Assembly (NCBI GenBank): GCA_964550725.1
Contig: CAZKAC010000033.1
Span: forward strand, 1-44,635
DNA length: 44,635 nucleotides
Source of the DNA: an uncultured archaeon
Lineage (GTDB): Archaea; Iainarchaeota; Iainarchaeia; Iainarchaeales; JAAZKV01
Direction: 5' to 3'
Shown piece by piece: positions 8,378 through 17,770 of this stretch. The notes beneath the pieces are model-generated. The model was not told where the DNA came from, did not search any database, and saw only the letters and a program-made list of their open reading frames with translations. A program made the position numbers and the translations under genes. Position 1 is the first letter of the stretch. The number at the start of each line of letters is the position of its first letter.

Positions 8378-10453
8378 ATGGTTAAAGAAGATGTTTCAAA
8401 AATTGTTTTACAAAAAAATAATTTTTCTGATTTTAATGAAATGCAAAAAATGTGTGTTGAAAAAAATTTTAATACAAGTTTGATTGTTTCTGCCCCAACC
8501 GCAAGCGGAAAAACAATTGTCGCTGAATTGTATATGTTAGAACAAGCTTATAATAACAAAAAAAAAGTTATTTATACTTGTCCTTTACGAGCGTTAGCAT
8601 CAGAACATTACTATGATTTTAAAAAAAAATATCCTGAATTAAAATTTGCTTTATCAACAGGAGATTTGGATTCATCTTCATCTTACTTAAAAAAATTTGA
8701 TATTATTTTTTGTACATATGAAAAACTTTCTTCTTTGCTTAGACACAATGCAGAATGGTTACAACAAGTTGGTTGTTTGATTGTGGATGAAATACATGAA
8801 CTTGATTCTGATAGAGGTCCTGTTTTAGAAATTACTATAACCCAACTCCGCAATTTTTTACCTGAATTAAAAATCCTTGGTTTGAGTGCGACAATACCAA
8901 ATTCTAAAGAACTCGCAAATTGGCTTAATGCAGAATTAGTTGAATCTCAATTTAGACCAGTTAAACTAAAAGAAGGAGTATTACATAATAAAGAAATTTT
9001 ATTTAATGATGGCACAAAAGAGAATGGAACTTTTGAAGAAATTATTGAAAAAAATTTTTCTGAAAACAAACAATTATTAGTTTTTTTGAATTCAAGAAAA
9101 CGCACTGAAGGTACTGCTAAAAAAATGATAATTAACACTCCTCCAAAATTAAATAAAAAAGAAAAAGAAAAATTAGAAAAAGTTTCTAAACAAATAATTT
9201 CTGTACTAGAACAACCAACCGAACAATGTTATTCTCTTGCTGAAATTATAAAAAAAGGGATTGCTTTCCATCATGCTGGATTAATGCAAAAACAAAAGTC
9301 ATTAGTTGAAGAAAATTTTAGAAATGGATTAATTAAAGTTATTTTTGCAACGACAACTCTTTCAGCAGGTATCAATGTTCCGGCTGATGTTGTAATTATT
9401 CCATCACTTTACAGATTCGAAAAATATGGGATGAATTTGATTTCAAAAAGAGAATTTAAACAAATGTCAGGGCGTTCAGGTAGACCAAAATTTTCAACAG
9501 AAGGAAAAAGCATTATTTTTGCAAATAGTGAAATGCAAAGAGATCTTTATTTTAATGAATATATTAATGGAGACTTAGAACCAATACAATCAAGATTAGC
9601 AATCATTCCAATTTTAAGAACACACATTCTTGCTTTAATTGCAACTAACCAAATATATGATATTAAAAGTAGTGAAAAATTTTTTGAAAAAACTTTGTAT
9701 GCAACACAATTACAAGAAATGCCTGAATTATTAGATAATGTAATGGAAATAATCCTATCTTTAGAAAAATTTGGTTTTGTTGAAAAAAAAGAAAATAAAT
9801 TTTTTATAACCCTTGTTGGAAAAAGAGTTTCAGATTTATTCTTAGACCCTGAATCAGCCTATTCACTAATACAAATAATTTCAAATAAAAAACCATTTAC
9901 TAACTTATCATATCTTTTTGCGTGGACAAATTGTTTAGAATTTAGCCCTTGGCTCCAGATACAAAAAAAAATCAAACATTTGATTTGGGAAGATTTAAAT
10001 GAACGCGCATGTGAATTACCTATCAATCAAGAAAAATTATTATATGAACCCGAAGCACTAAACAAATTTTTTTCAGCATTAATGCTTGAACAATGGATTA
10101 ATGAAAGAAAAGAACAAGATCTATTCACAGAGTATGGAGTTGCACCTGGAGCACTATTTGGCAAAAATAGAATTATTGAATGGTTATCATATTCAACAAT
10201 TGAATTATCAAAAGTTCTTGGTTTAAATCATCATTTAATTCCGACAAAAAAATTGTCTAAACGAATTAAATATGGTGTTAAAGAAGAACTTTTAGCATTG
10301 GTTGAATTAAAAGGGATTGGTAGAGCAAGGGCAAGAAAATTATACAATTCAGGAATTACTAAACCTAGTGAAATTAAAAAAAATATTGAAAAAGTAGAAT
10401 TAATCCTTGGAAAAAACGTAGCATTAATACTCTCTAAACAATTAAACAAATAA
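8378..10453 (+). CDS. hel308: Ski2-like DNA helicase Hel308/Hjm
   Basis: Walker A APTASGKT, DEIHE, SAT, HHAGL and QMSGRSGRP. C-terminal helix-hairpin-helix domain LKGIGRARARKLYNSGI. ATG at 8378 (the track start 8363 is TTG). An A/T-rich TATA-like box (aaattaatatatac) lies about 25-30 nt upstream. Confidence 0.9.
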   Translation: MVKEDVSKIVLQKNNFSDFNEMQKMCVEKNFNTSLIVSAPTASGKTIVAELYMLEQAYNNKKKVIYTCPLRALASEHYYDFKKKYPELKFALSTGDLDSSSSYLKKFDIIFCTYEKLSSLLRHNAEWLQQVGCLIVDEIHELDSDRGPVLEITITQLRNFLPELKILGLSATIPNSKELANWLNAELVESQFRPVKLKEGVLHNKEILFNDGTKENGTFEEIIEKNFSENKQLLVFLNSRKRTEGTAKKMIINTPPKLNKKEKEKLEKVSKQIISVLEQPTEQCYSLAEIIKKGIAFHHAGLMQKQKSLVEENFRNGLIKVIFATTTLSAGINVPADVVIIPSLYRFEKYGMNLISKREFKQMSGRSGRPKFSTEGKSIIFANSEMQRDLYFNEYINGDLEPIQSRLAIIPILRTHILALIATNQIYDIKSSEKFFEKTLYATQLQEMPELLDNVMEIILSLEKFGFVEKKENKFFITLVGKRVSDLFLDPESAYSLIQIISNKKPFTNLSYLFAWTNCLEFSPWLQIQKKIKHLIWEDLNERACELPINQEKLLYEPEALNKFFSALMLEQWINERKEQDLFTEYGVAPGALFGKNRIIEWLSYSTIELSKVLGLNHHLIPTKKLSKRIKYGVKEELLALVELKGIGRARARKLYNSGITKPSEIKKNIEKVELILGKNVALILSKQLNK

Positions 10454-10607
10454 TTATTTAATTAATCTCATAATAAAATCCATTATTCAAAATCAATAGC
10501 TAAATAATCAAAAAATTACTTTAAATTTACATCTACAAAGCTTTATTAATTACTTAATTGTTTTAACTTATAAGAATAAGTCATTCTAATAAGAGTTGTG
10601 AAAAACC

Positions 10608-13600
10608 ATGGATTTTCAAGAAATTAAAAACACTGTTATATCAAAAATAAAAGGAATTTATTTTTATTTCGAAGATAAATGGTATTCAACTTTAGATAAA
10701 TTAGACCAACATGTCCCAATTTACAAAGTTATTGATCCAATAGATAAAATAATTCCAAGTTACATTCTTTTTTTATTATTAATTTTATTTTCTTTAATTT
10801 TAACAGGGTATTTTATTTCATTTAGCAATACTTATGATATAAAAATTATAACTCTTGATTCAAAAACAAATCTTGGAATTAGCAATGTGAATGTTTATGG
10901 TTCAATAAATGAAGCTAATTTTGATGAATATAGTGATTCTCATGGAGTATTAGAATTTCCTGTCATGGGCCCCAAAATGAATTTTTTTAATGTATTTATT
11001 AATTTATTTTTTCCAACCGATGTTGAATTTGAATTTTTAGTATCTGCAAAAAAAGATGGTTATATAACTCTAACAAAAGAAAATTTTATTTTAACAAATG
11101 AAATGCTTGAAAATCAATTATTTCTATCCCCAATTTCAGAACAAGTTGATTCTAAAAAAATAAATATTAGATTAGTTGATTCAGTTTCTAAAAACCCAAT
11201 AAAAGATTCAACTGCTTACATAAAATTTAAATGTGATAATGACCCTGCTTTTCAAATAAAAACCATTAATGACTCAGATGATGGTTTTTTAGATGGTAAA
11301 TTTGTATTAAATGCAGATGGATGTGTTTTTAGAATCAATGAGATTGGCGCAAATAATTATGAAACTATTTCTAACTCTTTTCTTGTTTCGCAAGATAGAG
11401 AAATAAGCTTGATTAGATTGAATAATACTAATAAAGGAAGTGTAAAACTGCACGCAGTTGAATTAAATTCATCCCCCAAGAAAAACATTTCAGGAATTTC
11501 AATAAAATTAAATAAAGAACAAAACGATTCATTAACTACTATAAAACAGGGAATAACTGATAATTCAGGAGTTTTAACGTTAACTGATCTTTCACCCGGA
11601 GAATATTTGATAACCACTATAAGTTTAGATGAAAATTCGCCATATATTCCAATCACTCCAAGTGATAATATTACTATTAATGTTATAGCCGGAAATACTC
11701 CAACAGAAGAAACAATTTATTTAACAAAACTAAACCCAAACGCATTAAGAAAAATTTTTGTTAAAATTATTGATTCTAATTCATCTCCTATTCCAAATTC
11801 AAAAATTTCAATTTATTGGTTAAGAAATTCTCAAAACAAACTAATTGCAGATAGTCAAGCGGGGGCAAGTCCAAAATCTACTGATTTAAATGGATTAGTC
11901 ACAATGACTGGATTTACTGCAAATAACGCAGGACAACTAATAGGAGTTGTATATAAACAAGGTTATTTACATAACATATTTGACCCACAATTGTTTGACT
12001 TAAATAGTGGACCTCAAACAATTACTCTCACAAAAGCAAATGAAACAAATTCAGGAAAAGCACAAATTAATGTTTTAGATAATGCAACTGCAAATAGTCA
12101 ATACCCAAAAAAGTTAAGAGGAGCTAATACTACTCTTTATTTAAAATTGCCAAACATGTTACTCGCAAACCAACCAAAAACTATCGAAAGACTTATTATT
12201 GGACAAGATATAACTAATAATTTAGGAGAATCTAAATTCAATAATTTAATTCCGGGAACATATTCTGCAAGTGCTAATTATAAAGAATCAGATTCTGGAA
12301 TTTCTACAAACAAAATCCTTGATGTAAATCAATTAATAATTTTTGATTTAAATATTGATACAAATATTAGTTTTTTAAGAATAAATTTGTTCAATAAAAA
12401 AACTAATGAACAAATAACTAATTCGAATGCAAAAATAAAAATATATACTTTAACAAATCCATCAAATTTAATTAAAACACTTTCTGAAACCATAAGTATA
12501 ACTAATAATCAATTTGAAAGTTTAACATATGATAGTGAAATACGACTCGAAATGATTGCATCAGCACCGGGTTTTGTTTCAACAACAATACAAAACATAA
12601 CTGATTTAGCAACAGGGCCAAATGATTTTAATATTTATTTATATCCTGTTGAAGATTTAGATAAAAATGTAAATATATTTTTTGATACAATATATACTAA
12701 TCTATCTGATATAGAACATGGTTCAAAACCAAATTCTTTTGTTTGGAATGCTAATCAAGATTACTTCGCAAAATTTGATGTTATAATTCATAAAGATGAT
12801 TTTAATTATACTGACTTATTTTCGTTTGTAAGAATTAATGAATTTGGGAACATTAAAGATATTCCAATAATTTGGCCAAGATATTTTTATAACGCTTCAG
12901 ATATATTAACTCAAACTACGATTAATGCTGATTTGGAAGAAGAAAGTATAATTGCAAAATTTCCCCCACACATAGACAATTATTATTTCCCAACAAATAT
13001 TTCAACATTTAAAAATCAAGAAGATGAGGGGGTGCAAGCAATAATTAAATGGAATGGTTTTGAACAAGAATCTCTCAACCCAATGGTTTATACTTTTATT
13101 GTTAAATTTAAATTAAATGAATTTGAAGATGATGATGTTCTTGAATTTAATTACAGAGCAAAAGAAAAACATAATAATAATTCTTCTGAAACTAATTTAG
13201 AATCAACTACTTTTAAACTAGGTGATGCGATTTGTGAAGAAGTTTGTTTTACAATAAATATAAATGGAAAAAATGTTTTAATTAATGGAAATAATTATGC
13301 TAACTTAGTTGGAGAAACCCAACAACTCCAATTAAATGAAAATACTTTTTCAATAAGAGCATATAATGGAACTGATTCAACAACTACTGGAACACTTAAA
13401 GTTTATTCACACCAAGGAACTATATCTTCATTTAATAGAACTGGTTCAGGGAGTCTTAAATTTGTTTCTGAAGATGGTGAAAATGATTTAGTTTTAGCAG
13501 AAACATTATCAATTAATTCAAGAACTAATTCGCAAGCATACCAAAATAAAATTTATCCTTCTCAATTAATGGTTAGTAATTATTTTGTTGTTGAATATTT

Positions 13601-16064
13601 TGTAAACAATACTCCTTATCGTGTCTTTGTTGATACAAGGGTACCTGGAAAAGAACTAAAATTACAAAGAAAAAATAATTTTATTGCAGGATTACAAGAC
13701 CAAGATTACTATAATTTTGTAATCCCAAAATATGGTGATGAAATAGTAAATTTAATTGAAGATACAATAAAAATTTCAGTATATAAAAATTGTGATGAAG
13801 AAAAAAATCCAATATTTGTAGGAACAAATGTTTTATCAGCATCAATTGATTCAACTATTGGAAATAATTATTTTTTTACACAAATTCCAGGAATATATAA
13901 TATTAATAGCGATTGCATAGTTGTTGAAGGCGAGGCTTTAGGTTATCAACCACTTAATGAAACTATTTATGCATCTATTGGAGGATCATTAGATTTGGGG
14001 CTTACTTGTTTAGATATTAGTAGTCCAAAAGGCGATAAAGACATAACTCTTAATTGGAACGATACTACTAATGTAAAAATTTTTAATGGATGTAATGAAA
14101 GTGCATCAGTTTATATCGAAACAGGATTAGTTTGTAATAATTGCAACGAATCAAATAAAATTATTTTAGATGCTGGAGATTCAACTGAATTTGAAATTAC
14201 GGGAATTAATAAAACATATTCTTCAGAAAAAAGATTTTCAGATATTTTAGGATTCTTTCCAGTTTATTTAAAAGCTAAAAAAACATCAGCATCAAGATAT
14301 AAAGAATATACTGTTGCTGATAAATTAAATATCCATTTAGTTAATCCTAATGAATGTTTCGCAATAAGTAAAGATTTGTTTGATTTTATAGAAGATTCTT
14401 CTCCAAAAGACTTTAATATTACTAACAATTGTCAATACGTTGAATTCGAAAATTATTATATTCCAAAAGCAACTCTTAACTCATTTGGTGCAGAAATTAA
14501 AAGCCCTTATGAAATTGATATTGATTCAATTGATTTTGAATGGAAACTTTCTGAAATAGCAGGAACTTATGAAACGACTTATGTTTCTTCTGAGTCTGAA
14601 AAATTTTTATGGCCAACATCAAAAAATCTAATAGAATATCCATCAACACCAGTTGAAGGAAAAGACTATAATTTATATGAAAATTTAGAATTTGATTTAA
14701 GTTATGTTGATGGATTATTAACTAAATTTCAAATTAATTGGACAGACAGAATAGATCCTTCTAAAAGAGACACTAATGTTTTTGGAATAGCAATTGTTGG
14801 AGATATCACTATTAATTTTGAAGATGGAACAAATACAACAATAACTCCAGAATATAATTTTTCTCTCACACCAGCAGTAACTTGTTTATGTGATGGAAAT
14901 AGATCATTAGATACCGCTGGAAATCCTGCTCCATGTTATAAATCAATTAATCTAGATGGGGTATTAATTTCTAATGAATGTGAAATTGGACAACAAAATG
15001 AGGTTGGTAGACAAGATTATTTTAACCCAAACAATCCCTACTATTATGGATTAGTTTATGTAAACATTCCAAGAGAAAATCATAAAAAACCAGTTTCGGT
15101 TACTTTTAACGCATATGGCCCTGCTAATCCTGATGAATTAACAAACATTACAATTATCCCAAAAGCAAAAATAACTACTACTTCCCCTATAATAAATATG
15201 ACTGATGATAGCGAAATAATAGAATTTAATTTGGGTTCTTTTACAATATACCCTATAGAAGGAGTAACCTATATTTTAAGAAATATTAGTTATGGACAAA
15301 CTGCACTGGGCACAAGTTTGCATGAAAAATATTGTATTGCAAAAAAACTTGGACAAGCATGGTATTCTAATAATGACGCAAAAATTTATTGGTTTGAAAA
15401 TGGAATAATTAACCTAGAAAGTAATGAACAAATTTGCACCCAGACTAATAATAGTTTAAATATTTTAGAAACACCATCAACATTAATAAACTATAATCAA
15501 GCACCTAATGAAATAAAACAACAAATGCAATTATATCTAGAAACTAAAAATATTGCAGGAGCATGGGGAACTCCTAACCAATTATTAACTAAAGATGGAA
15601 TAACTAGCATGGACGATCCCACTGATTTCACTAATTATATTGGAGGGTGTGAATACTTAGTTCCACAAAATATTATTATAAATGATGACTCTTGTGAAGA
15701 CGGAACAATAAATGTTATTTGCGAAAATGATTTAACAACAAATGAACTTTCTTGCAAAATTGACGATATATTATCATCAAATATTTTTTTCAGTATTAAC
15801 TATTTAGGCCCTAGAAATCCATCAGTTAATTTAGAAATTGAACAAAATTCAATTAAAGCTAATAAACAAGATAATACAAGTTCCCTTAGTGATGGAGCAG
15901 TTATAATTTGGGCAGAGGGAAAATATTTAAAAGCAAGGTTTATAGGGGATGAAATTAATGAATATAATAATGAACAATTAAAATATATTATTGAAAATAC
16001 GTTTATCAATCAAACTCAATACGGAATAATAAATGTTATTGATTATGTGGATGGAAGAAATTAA
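10608..16064 (+). CDS. Giant (1818 aa) signal-anchored extracellular protein with multiple carboxypeptidase-regulatory-like/Ig-like repeats and a Cys-rich C-terminal two-thirds
   Basis: A ~50-aa cytoplasmic N-terminus (FYFEDKWYSTLDKLD..PIYKVIDPIDK) is followed by one TM helix (ILFLLLILFSLILTGYFISF). At least 6 modules show the pattern hhV.D..t..Pl.n..V.l.......TD..G...h..L.PG.Y (e.g. ITDNSGVLTLTDLSPGEYLITT, TNNLGESKFNNLIPGTYSASA). There are many N-x-S/T sequons and paired Cys (CNESASVYIETGLVCNNCNES, CLCDGNRSLDTAGNPAPC). Confidence 0.85.
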   Translation: MDFQEIKNTVISKIKGIYFYFEDKWYSTLDKLDQHVPIYKVIDPIDKIIPSYILFLLLILFSLILTGYFISFSNTYDIKIITLDSKTNLGISNVNVYGSINEANFDEYSDSHGVLEFPVMGPKMNFFNVFINLFFPTDVEFEFLVSAKKDGYITLTKENFILTNEMLENQLFLSPISEQVDSKKINIRLVDSVSKNPIKDSTAYIKFKCDNDPAFQIKTINDSDDGFLDGKFVLNADGCVFRINEIGANNYETISNSFLVSQDREISLIRLNNTNKGSVKLHAVELNSSPKKNISGISIKLNKEQNDSLTTIKQGITDNSGVLTLTDLSPGEYLITTISLDENSPYIPITPSDNITINVIAGNTPTEETIYLTKLNPNALRKIFVKIIDSNSSPIPNSKISIYWLRNSQNKLIADSQAGASPKSTDLNGLVTMTGFTANNAGQLIGVVYKQGYLHNIFDPQLFDLNSGPQTITLTKANETNSGKAQINVLDNATANSQYPKKLRGANTTLYLKLPNMLLANQPKTIERLIIGQDITNNLGESKFNNLIPGTYSASANYKESDSGISTNKILDVNQLIIFDLNIDTNISFLRINLFNKKTNEQITNSNAKIKIYTLTNPSNLIKTLSETISITNNQFESLTYDSEIRLEMIASAPGFVSTTIQNITDLATGPNDFNIYLYPVEDLDKNVNIFFDTIYTNLSDIEHGSKPNSFVWNANQDYFAKFDVIIHKDDFNYTDLFSFVRINEFGNIKDIPIIWPRYFYNASDILTQTTINADLEEESIIAKFPPHIDNYYFPTNISTFKNQEDEGVQAIIKWNGFEQESLNPMVYTFIVKFKLNEFEDDDVLEFNYRAKEKHNNNSSETNLESTTFKLGDAICEEVCFTININGKNVLINGNNYANLVGETQQLQLNENTFSIRAYNGTDSTTTGTLKVYSHQGTISSFNRTGSGSLKFVSEDGENDLVLAETLSINSRTNSQAYQNKIYPSQLMVSNYFVVEYFVNNTPYRVFVDTRVPGKELKLQRKNNFIAGLQDQDYYNFVIPKYGDEIVNLIEDTIKISVYKNCDEEKNPIFVGTNVLSASIDSTIGNNYFFTQIPGIYNINSDCIVVEGEALGYQPLNETIYASIGGSLDLGLTCLDISSPKGDKDITLNWNDTTNVKIFNGCNESASVYIETGLVCNNCNESNKIILDAGDSTEFEITGINKTYSSEKRFSDILGFFPVYLKAKKTSASRYKEYTVADKLNIHLVNPNECFAISKDLFDFIEDSSPKDFNITNNCQYVEFENYYIPKATLNSFGAEIKSPYEIDIDSIDFEWKLSEIAGTYETTYVSSESEKFLWPTSKNLIEYPSTPVEGKDYNLYENLEFDLSYVDGLLTKFQINWTDRIDPSKRDTNVFGIAIVGDITINFEDGTNTTITPEYNFSLTPAVTCLCDGNRSLDTAGNPAPCYKSINLDGVLISNECEIGQQNEVGRQDYFNPNNPYYYGLVYVNIPRENHKKPVSVTFNAYGPANPDELTNITIIPKAKITTTSPIINMTDDSEIIEFNLGSFTIYPIEGVTYILRNISYGQTALGTSLHEKYCIAKKLGQAWYSNNDAKIYWFENGIINLESNEQICTQTNNSLNILETPSTLINYNQAPNEIKQQMQLYLETKNIAGAWGTPNQLLTKDGITSMDDPTDFTNYIGGCEYLVPQNIIINDDSCEDGTINVICENDLTTNELSCKIDDILSSNIFFSINYLGPRNPSVNLEIEQNSIKANKQDNTSSLSDGAVIIWAEGKYLKARFIGDEINEYNNEQLKYIIENTFINQTQYGIINVIDYVDGRN

Positions 16065-16078
16065 CTTTGGTGAAAAAT

Positions 16079-17770
16079 ATGCGAATTGAAAAAATATTTT
16101 TATTATTAATTTTAATCATGTGTTTTACAACTGTTTTTGGAATTAATCAATCAACCCCATTAGATACTGTTTGGAATGGAAGTATAATTATTGAATTCAC
16201 AAAATCTCAATTTGATTTAAATGAACCAATAAGTGGAAAAATAATTGTTAGAAATGACGAACCATATCCATTGTTTAATGGTCTAATAACAATGCATATT
16301 GCAACAGGAGAATTTAGTTATCCATCACAATTTGATTTACAAAGTAACATTTGTTTAGAAGAAAAAATAACGATTGATTGGATTTTACCTGAAAATAAAA
16401 AAGAATATTCATTTTCATTAAATAATCCAGGAGGTGGAGAATATAGACTTGATACTTATGTAGGAGTAATGAAATCTACTTTAGTTGGATCAAGTGCTAT
16501 AATGCTTTCTCCAATTTCAAAAACATTTAGTGTTTCTGGACCAGAAGAAAAAAGAGCAAAAATTATAAGGAGCCTTACAAAATTTAATCAAGTTGCTGGC
16601 CCGGTTGGATTCCCAACTTCTCCAGAAGACGAAGTTTTGGGACAAGTTTACATTTACAATGATTCAAATATAACTAAAAAAAATATGAAATTAAAAATCT
16701 CAATTTGTGATTGGACAGATTCTTTTTGTGATTCTGTTGAAGAAAAAATATTTGATGTTCCTGATTTAGAATCAACAAAATCAATCCCCCTGGCAGTTTT
16801 ATTAACTACTCCAAAAGAATCATCAGCATATACAATAAACATGGTTTTAGAAAACGAAAAAGAAATTGAATCAATTTATAAAAACAGGTTAATTGTTACT
16901 GGTCCAAGTGGAAAAATTAGAAAAATTTATTTAGATGGATTGAAAACAAAAAATTATTCTACAAATATTTTTATTTCAGGAAGTCCTGACCATTTCACTT
17001 ACCCTAAATTAGAAAATTTTGATTTAACATTAGAATTATTTTTAAATAACAAAAAAATTGAGGATAAAAAAATTAGTATCAATTCGATTGATGTTGAGGA
17101 AGTTCTTTTAAAAAAATTTAGTATTGATTCAAAAAATTTTGATTATGCTTGTATAAAAATAATTAAAGAAGATATTATTTATGATGAAGAGTGTTTACAA
17201 ATACAACTAGATGAAGTTCAAAAAAAATATGATGATTTAATACCAAAAGAACCAATTATTGAATGGAATTATAATGAAACTAATGAAATTTTATCATTTA
17301 AAATAAATAAAGAAAATGAAATGTTAGATGTTAGAGTTTCAATAATTTCTACAGAAAAAACTTTTTATGAAAAAAATATTTCAGAAATACAAGAATATTC
17401 AGAAAATATTTATTTAAAAAAAGACAATTATATATTATTAATAGATGATTTTTCAATCTCTGAACAATTCCAATATGATTTATTATTAAATGTAGAAGAT
17501 AAAACACAAGCAATTTTAGGAGATGTTCCTTATTCTGAAAGAGAACTTTTTGAATGCAACGGAATAATTTGTAATCAAGGTGAGGTTTGCGCAGGAATAA
17601 CTTATAATTCTAACAACGGCCAATGTTGTACAACATATTGTCAACCAATACTTAACCCAATATCCAAGTCAGACTTAATTATTCCAGGAATATTTTGGGT
17701 AGGATTAATATTATTCATAATAGCATTATTTACAGGAAGCAAAGTACTCAAAAAAAAGGGGTTGTTATAA
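16079..17770 (+). CDS. Secreted, C-terminally TM-anchored surface protein with a Cys-knot-like stalk and a PGF-CTERM-like tail
   Basis: The ATG at 16079 is preceded by GGTGA (tttggtgaaaaatATG). Signal peptide MRIEKIFLLLILIMCFTTVFG. Seven Cys occur within 30 aa (CNGIICNQGEVCAGITYNSNNGQCCTTYC). The tail is LIIPGIFWVGLILFIIALFTGSKVLKKKGLL. The gene starts 12 nt after the preceding stop. Confidence 0.8.
   Translation: MRIEKIFLLLILIMCFTTVFGINQSTPLDTVWNGSIIIEFTKSQFDLNEPISGKIIVRNDEPYPLFNGLITMHIATGEFSYPSQFDLQSNICLEEKITIDWILPENKKEYSFSLNNPGGGEYRLDTYVGVMKSTLVGSSAIMLSPISKTFSVSGPEEKRAKIIRSLTKFNQVAGPVGFPTSPEDEVLGQVYIYNDSNITKKNMKLKISICDWTDSFCDSVEEKIFDVPDLESTKSIPLAVLLTTPKESSAYTINMVLENEKEIESIYKNRLIVTGPSGKIRKIYLDGLKTKNYSTNIFISGSPDHFTYPKLENFDLTLELFLNNKKIEDKKISINSIDVEEVLLKKFSIDSKNFDYACIKIIKEDIIYDEECLQIQLDEVQKKYDDLIPKEPIIEWNYNETNEILSFKINKENEMLDVRVSIISTEKTFYEKNISEIQEYSENIYLKKDNYILLIDDFSISEQFQYDLLLNVEDKTQAILGDVPYSERELFECNGIICNQGEVCAGITYNSNNGQCCTTYCQPILNPISKSDLIIPGIFWVGLILFIIALFTGSKVLKKKGLL

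Noticed and set aside
7503-10453. Nucleotidyltransferase plus Ski2-like helicase as a possible defence pair (Hachiman/CBASS-like)
   Set aside because: The helicase has the complete housekeeping Hel308/Hjm architecture, including the C-terminal HhH domain. The transferase has a sugar-nucleotidyl (GT-A-like) G-loop rather than a CD-NTase/Pol-beta signature. No effector-like gene is adjacent.
17695-17769. N-terminal extension of the third surface-protein ORF (track start 17695)
   Set aside because: The extension overlaps the C-terminal anchor of the preceding gene in another frame. A proper signal peptide begins at the ATG at 17770, which is preceded by AGGGG.
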